Under the pieces are notes generated by a model. That model had not been told where the DNA came from, did no database searches, and worked only from the letters and a program-made list of their open reading frames with translations. Shown here one piece after another: positions 50,039 to 57,473 of a stretch of DNA of 64,000 bases (its first letter is position 1; each line of letters begins with the position of its first letter). Position numbers and translations under genes: made by a program. Source of the DNA: a virus (lineage: Duplodnaviria > Caudoviricetes); IMG/VR virus record IMGVR_UViG_3300044266_000210, positions 67,513-131,512 of that record, one strand, 5' to 3'.

Positions 50039-50788
50039 TTACCGTTTAAAAAATTCTAAAACTCGTTTAAAGGCCAGGTCAGATGCTTCTGGGTTATACC
50101 TTACAGTCTTCCACGCCAAGGATCCGCCAGTACCGTTGGCCAATACCTTTGAATCCTGCCCGGGGTTATCAAAATTGTGATATGCACCTTCATATTCAAA
50201 GTACTCACCTATTTCGACATTATCGTACATACCTCTACAGCGTTCTGCGGGTGTCCAGTCATCTGCTGTACCAATATGCACCTGAATAGGTACCTGTGGC
50301 GGAACTGTATGATCAGATTTTAGACAGTAAGGATAATATGCAACAATTTTATCAATGCCATCTGATACAGGTCGTTTACTGGCTTGTACCGCGGCCACTC
50401 CTCCGTGACTATAACCTGCTAGGAATACACCACCTTTGTGCCAGGGTTGCTTTCTAACCCAGTTAGCGGTAATGTAAAGTTCTTTCAATCTGATTCGAGG
50501 ATCTACAAAATTCTTGCAAGCATACATCCAAGGAACGTTATGATACAGCCAGGAGTCAATGAGAACAGCATTGAAGCCTTGTCTTGCATATTGTTCACCC
50601 CAATGTGCATTGTGAGGATTTTCACCTGCACAACCGTGCATGAGTAGTACTGTTCCAAAATTTTCTTTGGTTCGACTGTGTACAACTTTTATAGGAACAT
50701 CTTCGTTGATTCTTTCAAATCTTTCAAATATCTGTGCTTTGCACGATGTTAACCACAGACAAAATAACAGTATAAATTTTTTAAGCAT
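50039..50788 (-). CDS. Dienelactone hydrolase-family alpha/beta hydrolase, signal peptide
   Basis: HGCAG, GYSHGG, G.ADDWTP, GAYH.FD. Confidence 0.8.
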   Translation of the reverse strand: MLKKFILLFCLWLTSCKAQIFERFERINEDVPIKVVHSRTKENFGTVLLMHGCAGENPHNAHWGEQYARQGFNAVLIDSWLYHNVPWMYACKNFVDPRIRLKELYITANWVRKQPWHKGGVFLAGYSHGGVAAVQASKRPVSDGIDKIVAYYPYCLKSDHTVPPQVPIQVHIGTADDWTPAERCRGMYDNVEIGEYFEYEGAYHNFDNPGQDSKVLANGTGGSLAWKTVRYNPEASDLAFKRVLEFFKR

Positions 50789-51254
50789 ACCAGATCTCTT
50801 TAAAGCCTTCTTCGTGGGTTGGTTCCTGCCATCGAGAAATCATGTCGTTGACCACATGTTCAGGTATTTCTTTTCCCGGACGACTAGCTAATCTTTTATC
50901 GAGTTCATCCCGGGGAGGAGTTTTAAAAACCACAGCAACGGCATAGTATTCTGGACAAATTCGAAACTTTCTAGCACGACTTTCTATGGTAGTACTTGTT
51001 TGGTCCCAAATAATGTCTAATCCTTTTTCTTTTGCCCGAGCTACCTGTTTCATCATGAAATTAACTGCCCGTGGCATGTAAAGCCCAAAAAATTCAGTAT
51101 AGGATTTTTTTTGGTAGCGAGCATATCTTTCTACAATTCTGTCTGTAGAAATGTAGGCACAGTCTTTGAACCATTCTTGGCTGGATACCCAGGTACTTTT
51201 TCCAGATCCTGGCACTCCAACAGTTACATACAGCTTAGGCATAGTTGCTTTCAT
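50781..51254 (-). CDS. P-loop kinase (polynucleotide kinase / AAA_33-like)
   Basis: GVPGSGKST, STD, DQT...SR, R...R. Confidence 0.8.
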   Translation of the reverse strand: MKATMPKLYVTVGVPGSGKSTWVSSQEWFKDCAYISTDRIVERYARYQKKSYTEFFGLYMPRAVNFMMKQVARAKEKGLDIIWDQTSTTIESRARKFRICPEYYAVAVVFKTPPRDELDKRLASRPGKEIPEHVVNDMISRWQEPTHEEGFKEIWYA

Positions 51255-51255
51255 T

Positions 51256-51331
<76 letters not shown>

Positions 51332-51335
51332 ACTT

Positions 51336-51938
51336 TTAAAAATTAAACAAAATTTCTCGTGCGTCATAAAATGTTACATTGTCTTCTAGTTCAGGTCTTA
51401 GAGTCAATATTATTCTGTTATTTACAGAAAGACTGTTATCAAATTTGTGATAGATATCCGAATTAAAGAGTATACACTCGTTTTGTTTCTGTGTCAATGT
51501 TTTAATAGGCTCTAGGGGATTTTTTGCCCAATCCTCATTAGAGATTATAGCTCTATTATTTTTGTCACTTAACGATGTAAAAGATTTATCAACTAATTCA
51601 TTATCAAACCAACTGGTCAGACAATGTTCATCTTTAATATCTATTCCAAAGTTAAAGCTGATACTGGCTCGATCAATGTGAACATTGTGTTTAACACCGG
51701 GCTTGGTAATGATATAGGATATTCTAGATTTTTGAAATCTAAACTTGTTACCAAAGGGTAACAGGTTCAAAAAATTATCCGACAAGTTCTGATCGATAGT
51801 TCGTTGATATATCGGAATCTGCCCATCGAGCGCATGTTTCTTTAACTCAAATTGGCATTTTAATAAAAAATCTAGTATTGTATCAAAACTAAATTTAATA
51901 TAAAATGGACTATGATCTTCTAATATATCGCAAAACAT
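51336..51938 (-). CDS. Cupin/2OG-Fe(II) oxygenase-like protein
   Basis: VHID ... FNSDIYH.FDN ... R; paralog of 61638 and 62263. Confidence 0.7.
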   Translation of the reverse strand: MFCDILEDHSPFYIKFSFDTILDFLLKCQFELKKHALDGQIPIYQRTIDQNLSDNFLNLLPFGNKFRFQKSRISYIITKPGVKHNVHIDRASISFNFGIDIKDEHCLTSWFDNELVDKSFTSLSDKNNRAIISNEDWAKNPLEPIKTLTQKQNECILFNSDIYHKFDNSLSVNNRIILTLRPELEDNVTFYDAREILFNF

Positions 51939-51942
51939 ATTT

Positions 51943-52018
51943 TGGTTGCAGTGGGTGGATTCGAACCACCGACCTCAAGGTTATGAGCCTTGCCAGATAC
52001 CACTTCTAACACACTGCG
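51943..52018 (-). tRNA. tRNA-Met(CAT), initiator-like
   Basis: Cloverleaf, C1:A72 mismatch, CCA. Confidence 0.9.
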
Positions 52019-52024
52019 TCAATT

Positions 52025-52100
52025 TGGTGGAGGATGACGGGATCGAACCGACGACCCCCTGCTTGCAAAGCAGGTGCTCTCCCAGCTGAGCTAATCCCCC
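52025..52100 (-). tRNA. tRNA-Ala(TGC)
   Basis: Cloverleaf, G3:U70, CCA. Confidence 0.95.
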
Positions 52101-52106
52101 AGAATA

Positions 52107-52271
52107 TTATTTAACCTCTTTACCAGACAGGTCAACTTTTCCTGTTTGATATTGTTCTAGTCGTTGCTGAAATTGTTCTTCGGTTAGGGCGTGCCAACCA
52201 CAGCAATTGCCAGTTGGACTGCGACCACAACCGCATGTACCTTTTTTCATTTCTTCAACACTTGGACTCAT
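52107..52271 (-). CDS. CDGSH-like Cys3His miniprotein (54 aa)
   Basis: CGCGRSPTGNCCGWH. Confidence 0.6.
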   Translation of the reverse strand: MSPSVEEMKKGTCGCGRSPTGNCCGWHALTEEQFQQRLEQYQTGKVDLSGKEVK

Positions 52272-52290
52272 TTTAATACCTTTTAAAAAT

Positions 52291-52367
52291 TGGTCGGAGT
52301 ACAAGGATTCGAACCTTGGACCTCCTGCTCCCAAAGCAGGCGCACTACCAGGCTGTGCTACACTCCG
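52291..52367 (-). tRNA. tRNA-Pro(TGG)
   Basis: Cloverleaf, CCA. Confidence 0.95.
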
Positions 52368-52374
52368 AAAAACT

Positions 52375-52450
52375 TGGTGGGTCGTGACGGACTCGAACCG
52401 CCGACAGCCTGCGTGTAAGGCAGGAACTCTACCAACTGAGTTAACGACCC
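52375..52450 (-). tRNA. tRNA-Val(TAC)
   Basis: Cloverleaf, CCA. Confidence 0.95.
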
Positions 52451-52457
52451 AAAAACT

Positions 52458-52530
52458 TGGAGCGGGTAGTCGGATTCGAACCGGCTTCTTTAGCTTGGAA
52501 GGCTAAGTCCTCTCCCAGGAGAATACCCGC
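52458..52530 (-). tRNA. tRNA-Gly(TCC)
   Basis: Cloverleaf with short D arm, CCA. Confidence 0.88.
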
Positions 52531-52574
52531 ATCATGTATTTAAACTATTATAACACTACTTAATAAATATTCCT

Positions 52575-53261
52575 ATGAATATCGGACTAAACCCTTACAT
52601 GCAATATGCCAATCAAGAAATAGATTGGCTTTCAATGGATACCGAAGAGTTATACCAAGAAAATTTAAAAAACAATTATGACAAATTATTAAAGCATAAC
52701 TGGATCAACAACCCATTTACCTACAAATTTAATAGTGCAGGATTTCGATCAGAAGAATTTGAAGAGTCTGCTCCGTCGATTATGTTTTTAGGCTGTAGCA
52801 TGACAGTAGGAATTGGTGTGCCATGGAATACTACCTGGCCTAAAATTGTCTCTGACGAATTAGGTATGAAGTGCTATAACCTTGGTATAGGAGGATCTTC
52901 AAACGATACTGCCTTTCGATTTGCCTATACTTGGCTTAATAAACTAAAACCTACAATCTGTATATTCAATCAAACTTTTGCCGACAGGATGGAGGTTTGG
53001 CAATATAATGGAATTATTGGGGACATGTCAAAGGAACATCCGAAATTCTATCTAGGAACCTGGCAGTCGAACAATTTTAATAAAAAAATTCTTGCAGAAA
53101 AAAATCTATTGGCTATAAAGCAATTATGTGATCAATCTAACACAAAATTTGTAAACACATCTGTGCATAGTATGCCCTATCTAGATCTAGCAAGAGACCT
53201 AGCTCATCCTGGCATACAATCTAATCAAGAATATGCTAAAATGGTTTTGGCCAAGATTTGA
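52575..53261 (+). CDS. SGNH/GDSL-like protein
   Basis: FLGCSMT.G, NLGIGGSSN, D.AHP. Confidence 0.7.
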   Translation: MNIGLNPYMQYANQEIDWLSMDTEELYQENLKNNYDKLLKHNWINNPFTYKFNSAGFRSEEFEESAPSIMFLGCSMTVGIGVPWNTTWPKIVSDELGMKCYNLGIGGSSNDTAFRFAYTWLNKLKPTICIFNQTFADRMEVWQYNGIIGDMSKEHPKFYLGTWQSNNFNKKILAEKNLLAIKQLCDQSNTKFVNTSVHSMPYLDLARDLAHPGIQSNQEYAKMVLAKI

Positions 53262-53932
53262 TGCAAATTATTTGCAATATCTTTATGTCCTTGTATAGAA
53301 GGATGCACATCATGTGCGGCAATGGGTTCATATGGTATACGAAGTGGAAACCAATTAAACTTTTCTAAAAAATAATCTTTTAGTTTCTTATCTATTAGAT
53401 TTTCTTCTAGAAGAAAAAATAAAAAGCCACCATCCCAAAAATAATATTTTACACCGTGTCTTGTGAACAAGTTATGTAGAGCTTCACAGTAGGCTAGCAC
53501 AGAATAAGCGCCTTCTATATCAGAATAGAAACATAATCTCTTATCGTTTATTTCTTGATGTAATTCGTTTAGGTCTGGTCTCCAAATATCGCTAGTAACA
53601 ACTCCCGCTTTACATTTAACCCACGATTCTTCTAGATCATGTCCGTTTGCAGGAAGGTTGTATTCATAACGACTAGGTTCAGTAAATTGAATAATAGCTA
53701 ATGTGTCAGACAGCGTATCGGCAGAACTGGATGTTACCCAATCGTGGGTAGTTCTAAATGTTCGTTGATTACTGCCACAACCCACAGCAAGATTTATTAC
53801 TTGTGTGGCATTTAATAAATTACCTAAATGGTGCGGCCAAACTTTGGTTAATCTTTCTTCAGATTGTTCAGGTAAATCTAATCCTAGACTACCTCCATAG
53901 GTCCAACTACATCCGTTTGTAAATAGTATCAT
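53225..53932 (-). CDS. SGNH/GDSL-like protein
   Basis: NGCSWTYG, NLA.GCGSN, D.HP...GH. Confidence 0.7.
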   Translation of the reverse strand: MILFTNGCSWTYGGSLGLDLPEQSEERLTKVWPHHLGNLLNATQVINLAVGCGSNQRTFRTTHDWVTSSSADTLSDTLAIIQFTEPSRYEYNLPANGHDLEESWVKCKAGVVTSDIWRPDLNELHQEINDKRLCFYSDIEGAYSVLAYCEALHNLFTRHGVKYYFWDGGFLFFLLEENLIDKKLKDYFLEKFNWFPLRIPYEPIAAHDVHPSIQGHKDIANNLHQILAKTILAYS

Positions 53933-53941
53933 TTATAATTA

Positions 53942-54079
53942 ACTTTATAGGTACTCTCTGTTGGATTCGAACCAAACCTGCCTAGCGCCCGTATCTTCCT
54001 TGCACTTTCGGTAGTTAGTCGACTTAGTACCTGACTCGTGTTCTCAAGTGTAGTTAGACCCAGAGAGTATTTATAAAGT
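53942..54079 (-). ncRNA. tRNA-like RNA without recognisable anticodon arm
   Basis: ACUCUCUG/CAGAGAGU stem extended by flanking inverted repeat, T-arm UUGG-UUCGAAU-CCAA. Confidence 0.55.
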
Positions 54080-54283
54080 GTCTAGCCACTCACACCACAT
54101 GAGCCCTAAACTGGATGGTTACCCCGTCCACTAGCCTTTCCATTTAGACGATGCTAGGTCCGCCTTTGTGATTTCTCAAGTCGCCCATGTAATGCGGGCC
54201 TTGCGGCAGATCCAATGCGCCGTGTCTTTTATGGTACAGACAATTGACCCCCGTTTACTAACGGCTACGGGATGCCGGGTTAC
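54080..54283 (-). ncRNA. Candidate structured ncRNA (~200 nt)
   Basis: GC-rich, ORF-free, several hairpins including GCC-GCAA-GGC. Confidence 0.5.
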
Positions 54284-54284
54284 T

Positions 54285-54360
54285 TGGTGCCGCTTGTCGG
54301 ATTCGAACTGACCACCTACGCATTACAAGTGCGTTGCTCTACCAAATGAGCTAAAGCGGC
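54285..54360 (-). tRNA. tRNA-Thr(TGT)
   Basis: Cloverleaf, CCA. Confidence 0.95.
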
Positions 54361-54366
54361 AATAAT

Positions 54367-54549
54367 TTACTTATCTTCTTTTTGCTGTTGCTTGTCCACT
54401 TGATTTTTTTCAATAGACTTAAATGCCTCGTCTTCGGCTTGTGCATCTTCAACAACCCTAGGATCTGGTTTTCTAAAAATAGCGTCAAAGTTAGCACCAA
54501 ACTGATTCTGGCTAACACTAAATGGACGAGGACGACTGCCCTTGCTCAT
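54367..54549 (-). CDS. Small hypothetical protein (MSKGSRPRPFSV)
   Basis: Coupled ORF. Confidence 0.6.
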   Translation of the reverse strand: MSKGSRPRPFSVSQNQFGANFDAIFRKPDPRVVEDAQAEDEAFKSIEKNQVDKQQQKEDK

Positions 54550-54707
54550 CGTTTTTCCTTTCGAGCACCTCTTAGTTGCTCTTCCAAGATTTGGACATAG
54601 CTACGAATAAATGCACCCCGAACATGATCGTCGCGGTGATTGGCCGCAAGCCTCTTTACACTTTTGGGCACCTTAACGGCTTTAGCATCATATCCTCTAC
54701 AGGTCAT
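54546..54707 (-). CDS. Small basic hypothetical protein (53 aa, MTCRGYDAK...)
   Basis: Manual translation; ATGA overlaps at both ends. Confidence 0.6.
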   Translation of the reverse strand: MTCRGYDAKAVKVPKSVKRLAANHRDDHVRGAFIRSYVQILEEQLRGARKEKR

Positions 54708-54922
54708 TTAATTCTCCTTAATAATTCTGCGCCAACATGGCCTTCTTCAATTTCTTTTAATGCTGTAATGATACTACCATCATTTCCAGAAGTTAATTTT
54801 CTGTGTCCTTTTTTAAGTTCTCGCACTCGTTGTGCCGCAACAAGAACAAGATCAAATCTGTTGCCAACGTTTTCGACACATTGATCTGTGTCTACCATGT
54901 GTCGATTTTTGTTACTTTTCAT
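54704..54922 (-). CDS. rpoZ: RNA polymerase omega subunit homolog
   Basis: CVENVGNRFDLVLVAAQRVREL...ALKEIEEG. Confidence 0.85.
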   Translation of the reverse strand: MKSNKNRHMVDTDQCVENVGNRFDLVLVAAQRVRELKKGHRKLTSGNDGSIITALKEIEEGHVGAELLRRIK

Positions 54923-54937
54923 TTTGCTACTTTAAAG

Positions 54938-54965
54938 TGGTGCCCCAGGACGGTTAAGACCGTAG
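54938..54965 (-). pseudogene. Degenerate tRNA 3' half
   Basis: ACGG-UCUUAA-CCGU then CUGGGGC-ACCA, can pair with 5' half at 55560-55595. Confidence 0.45.
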
Positions 54966-55004
54966 GGCTAATTTGGTGCGGCTGGTATTCCACACTCTTA
55001 AGAT

Positions 55005-55089
55005 TGGTGCGGGCGGTGAGACTCGAACTCACACGCCTTTCGGCAATGGCTTCTAAGACCATCTCGGCTACCAGTTACGACACGCCCGC
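55005..55089 (-). tRNA. tRNA-Leu(TAG)
   Basis: Cloverleaf with variable arm, CCA. Confidence 0.9.
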
Positions 55090-55527
55090 ATTCTCTTTTT
55101 TCTTTCTTCCGCCTTTTCGATTTAACGCAATTTTTCTCTTGTGCTCTTCCGACTTAGGCTTTCCTTTATTTCCACACCCGTATGTATTACCAGTTTTACC
55201 TTTAGAGTTCATTTTACATGCCTCTTCGTAACCATACTTTTCAACCATCTTTTCCCAGATAGTTTTATCGCCATTATTCATTCTATCTATAGCATTTTCG
55301 CTTGCTGTACCCCAATACATATGATTAGGATTTCCACAAGCACCATTGTTACAAGCATGACACAAATGAATTTTGTGTCCTGTTGGAACAGTTGTATCTA
55401 ATTGGTGAGCAAGTAACCCCTTAAAGTAGTAACTACCTGCCCCTCGTTCAATACAAGCTTCGTCTAGTTTTAAATGACGCTGCCTTTCTTCTTTTGCCAA
55501 AGTGATGTAATTGTTAATGTCTTCCAT
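55075..55527 (-). CDS. Free-standing HNH/His-Cys homing endonuclease with NUMOD3-like tail
   Basis: HLCHACNNGACGNPNHMYWGTASEN; KSEEHKRKI; TAAATA-N5-ATG. Confidence 0.8.
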   Translation of the reverse strand: MEDINNYITLAKEERQRHLKLDEACIERGAGSYYFKGLLAHQLDTTVPTGHKIHLCHACNNGACGNPNHMYWGTASENAIDRMNNGDKTIWEKMVEKYGYEEACKMNSKGKTGNTYGCGNKGKPKSEEHKRKIALNRKGGRKKKENAGVS

Positions 55528-55559
55528 ACATTTATTTATGCTAAACATACAGAAACACA

Positions 55560-55595
55560 CTAAAATAGCGTGTCTACCAATTCCACCACCAGGGC
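55560..55595 (-). pseudogene. tRNA-Leu 5' half truncated at anticodon
   Basis: GCCCUGGUGGUGGAAUUGGUAGACACGCUAUUUUAG. Confidence 0.7.
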
Positions 55596-55600
55596 ATATT

Positions 55601-55675
55601 TGGAGGTCAGGGTAGGAGTCAAACCTACCTTGTCCGGGTTTGCAATCCAGCGCATCGTCGCTCTGCCACCTGACC
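55601..55675 (-). tRNA. tRNA-Cys(GCA), atypical D and T loops
   Basis: Cloverleaf, U73, CCA; T-loop UUUGACU. Confidence 0.8.
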
Positions 55676-55683
55676 ATATATCT

Positions 55684-55712
55684 ATTATACGAAATTACTT
55701 ATCACTTGTCAA
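55684..55712 (-). promoter_or_regulatory. sigma70 consensus promoter (tRNA-Cys)
   Basis: TTGACA-17-TATAAT. Confidence 0.8.
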
Positions 55713-55797
55713 TGGTGCCCGGAGCCGGATTTGAACCGGCACACCTTTCGGCGAGGGATTTTAAGTCCCTTGTGTCTACCTATTTCACCATCCGGGC
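55713..55797 (-). tRNA. tRNA-Leu(TAA)
   Basis: Cloverleaf with variable arm, CCA. Confidence 0.95.
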
Positions 55798-55999
55798 CAT
55801 AATTGTATTGTCTTGTTATGGATAACAATAACCCTATTATCGTTTGCTTTTATCGCCCAAACCTTATACGAGGACACCGGCCGATGTTGACTCGCTTTCC
55901 TTTGGCGCAACTGCGTACCAGGTGTTTCGAACCAGAGCTGGCATAGACAGTGCATTATCCAGGTGAACACTGGATTTTTCCAAAACAATACAATTATGG
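55797..55999 (-). ncRNA. Inter-tRNA element closed by a 19-bp stem
   Basis: Inverted repeat 55797-55815 / 55981-55999, one G-U on minus strand. Confidence 0.6.
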
Positions 56000-56072
56000 C
56001 GACCCTACGGGGATTCGAACCCCGGTACTCACCGTGAAAGGGTGATGTCCTAGGCCTCTAGACGATAGGGTC
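55997..56072 (-). tRNA. tRNA-Glu(TTC)
   Basis: Cloverleaf, CCA. Confidence 0.95.
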
Positions 56073-56106
56073 AATTGTGCCTACAAATTTTTAATGAACA
56101 AAGTAT

Positions 56107-56135
56107 ATTGTACAGTAATTTATCAAGGTAGTCAA
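56107..56135 (-). promoter_or_regulatory. sigma70-type promoter (tRNA-Glu)
   Basis: TTGACT-17-TACAAT. Confidence 0.6.
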
Positions 56136-56154
56136 CCACTTTATAAATATTTTC

Positions 56155-56895
56155 ATGGACGTTTCTGATATTTTATATACCCCGCTTGATGTGCCGCCTT
56201 GCCCAGATTTTGATGTAGACAAACTGCATCAGTGGATTGCAAATTTGCCAAAACAGGAAACTGTTGAATCTTCTGGAGACAAGTTCAGGGTACAGATTGT
56301 AAAAGAAATTAATACAGCTAAATCTAATTTAAATTCGTGGTATCCTTGGAACACTGTCTGGGTTAAACAAGATAACATTTGGTTAAATGGCTTTGCAGAA
56401 GAATTTCCTCAAGTTGCTAGATATATGTACGAAGCATTTGGATTGACCAATGACGAAATTCCTATTATAAATTTACTTCCTTTAAAGAATGATTTTTCCG
56501 GGATTGGTTTTTGGCACTCGGACCCAGACGAACTAGGGCTTCGATTATATCTCGAAAATGATTGTGGTTCGGATACATCGTTACTATTCAAACCCTTTGT
56601 TGAAAAGCATTATTCAAGGATAGAACTAGGACAGCTTCCTAGGGACGGAAAAACTGATTTGCTTCAACAAGATGTTATTCACGAAATTGTAACGCCTACT
56701 GGAAGATGTGCAACATTTATTAATAATCTAAGTGCTATGCATGCCGTTAATACTAGAACACCAGGAAACCCTCGCATGGCTGTTATCATAGGTGTACAAC
56801 GAAAATACATGACACTTAATAAAATTAACGACTTGATAATTCGGTCGGCTAATAAATTTAAAGATCAGGCGTTGTTCTGGACACCTCCTAAATGA
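56155..56895 (+). CDS. Cupin/2OG-Fe(II) oxygenase-like protein
   Basis: WHSD ... NN..AMHAV ... R. Confidence 0.65.
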   Translation: MDVSDILYTPLDVPPCPDFDVDKLHQWIANLPKQETVESSGDKFRVQIVKEINTAKSNLNSWYPWNTVWVKQDNIWLNGFAEEFPQVARYMYEAFGLTNDEIPIINLLPLKNDFSGIGFWHSDPDELGLRLYLENDCGSDTSLLFKPFVEKHYSRIELGQLPRDGKTDLLQQDVIHEIVTPTGRCATFINNLSAMHAVNTRTPGNPRMAVIIGVQRKYMTLNKINDLIIRSANKFKDQALFWTPPK

Positions 56896-57473
56896 TAAAC
56901 TTTAATTTACAAAAAAATTTAAAGTATGGAATTCTGTTAAGCGGTGGGTTAGATAGTGCGGTGTTACTTTATTTGATAATAACTCAACTTCCAGAAATTC
57001 GTATACAACCGTTTACTATACCCAAACACGATGGATCTGCTTTATACGCTGATCCTATTGTAGAACATTTTAACCAAAAATTTAATCTCAATATTCCTGC
57101 AACTATTCATGTAGGAAACCCAGACGAGTATCATGCCAATCAGAGTTCAACCGCAATTAGAGAAATTTTTTCTAGATATAATATAGACTACTTGTTCATG
57201 GGGGTTAATACAAACCCTCCGGAACTCGAAACACTTGACGGTGCTCCCCAACGAAAACTTACATCGCCTAGCCCAAAATTATTATATCCATTTGCCGCAC
57301 TACTTAAGGATCAAATATTACAAATAATGTTTGACCATGGGCAAGAAGATCTGGCAAATATTACACATTCTTGCACAGAGCAAAAAGTAGGTCGTTGTAA
57401 TCGGTGTTGGCAATGTACAGAAAGAGCATGGGCATTTAGACAAATAGACAAACTAGATACAGGAACACTATGA
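56892..57473 (+). CDS. QueC-like PP-loop ATPase
   Basis: LSGGLDS; THSC...RCNRCWQC.ER Zn cluster. Confidence 0.7.
   Translation: MINFNLQKNLKYGILLSGGLDSAVLLYLIITQLPEIRIQPFTIPKHDGSALYADPIVEHFNQKFNLNIPATIHVGNPDEYHANQSSTAIREIFSRYNIDYLFMGVNTNPPELETLDGAPQRKLTSPSPKLLYPFAALLKDQILQIMFDHGQEDLANITHSCTEQKVGRCNRCWQCTERAWAFRQIDKLDTGTL

Noticed and set aside
52207-52506. ORFs overlapping tRNA genes (also 51111, 54803, 55640, 55785, 63766)
   Set aside because: Spurious translations of tRNA or ncRNA sequence
53942-54079. tRNA-Sec or tmRNA identity for the tRNA-like element
   Set aside because: No UCA anticodon arm, no G3:U70 alanine acceptor, and too short for a tag reading frame
55075-55595. Group I intron in tRNA-Leu carrying the HNH
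   Set aside because: No room for or sign of P/Q/R/S core elements, and the downstream tRNA-Leu is complete by itself
55528-55677. N-terminal 50 codons of the 200-aa HNH ORF
   Set aside because: They run through tRNA-Cys and the tRNA-Leu half; the start at 55527 fits the TAAATA-N5-ATG pattern
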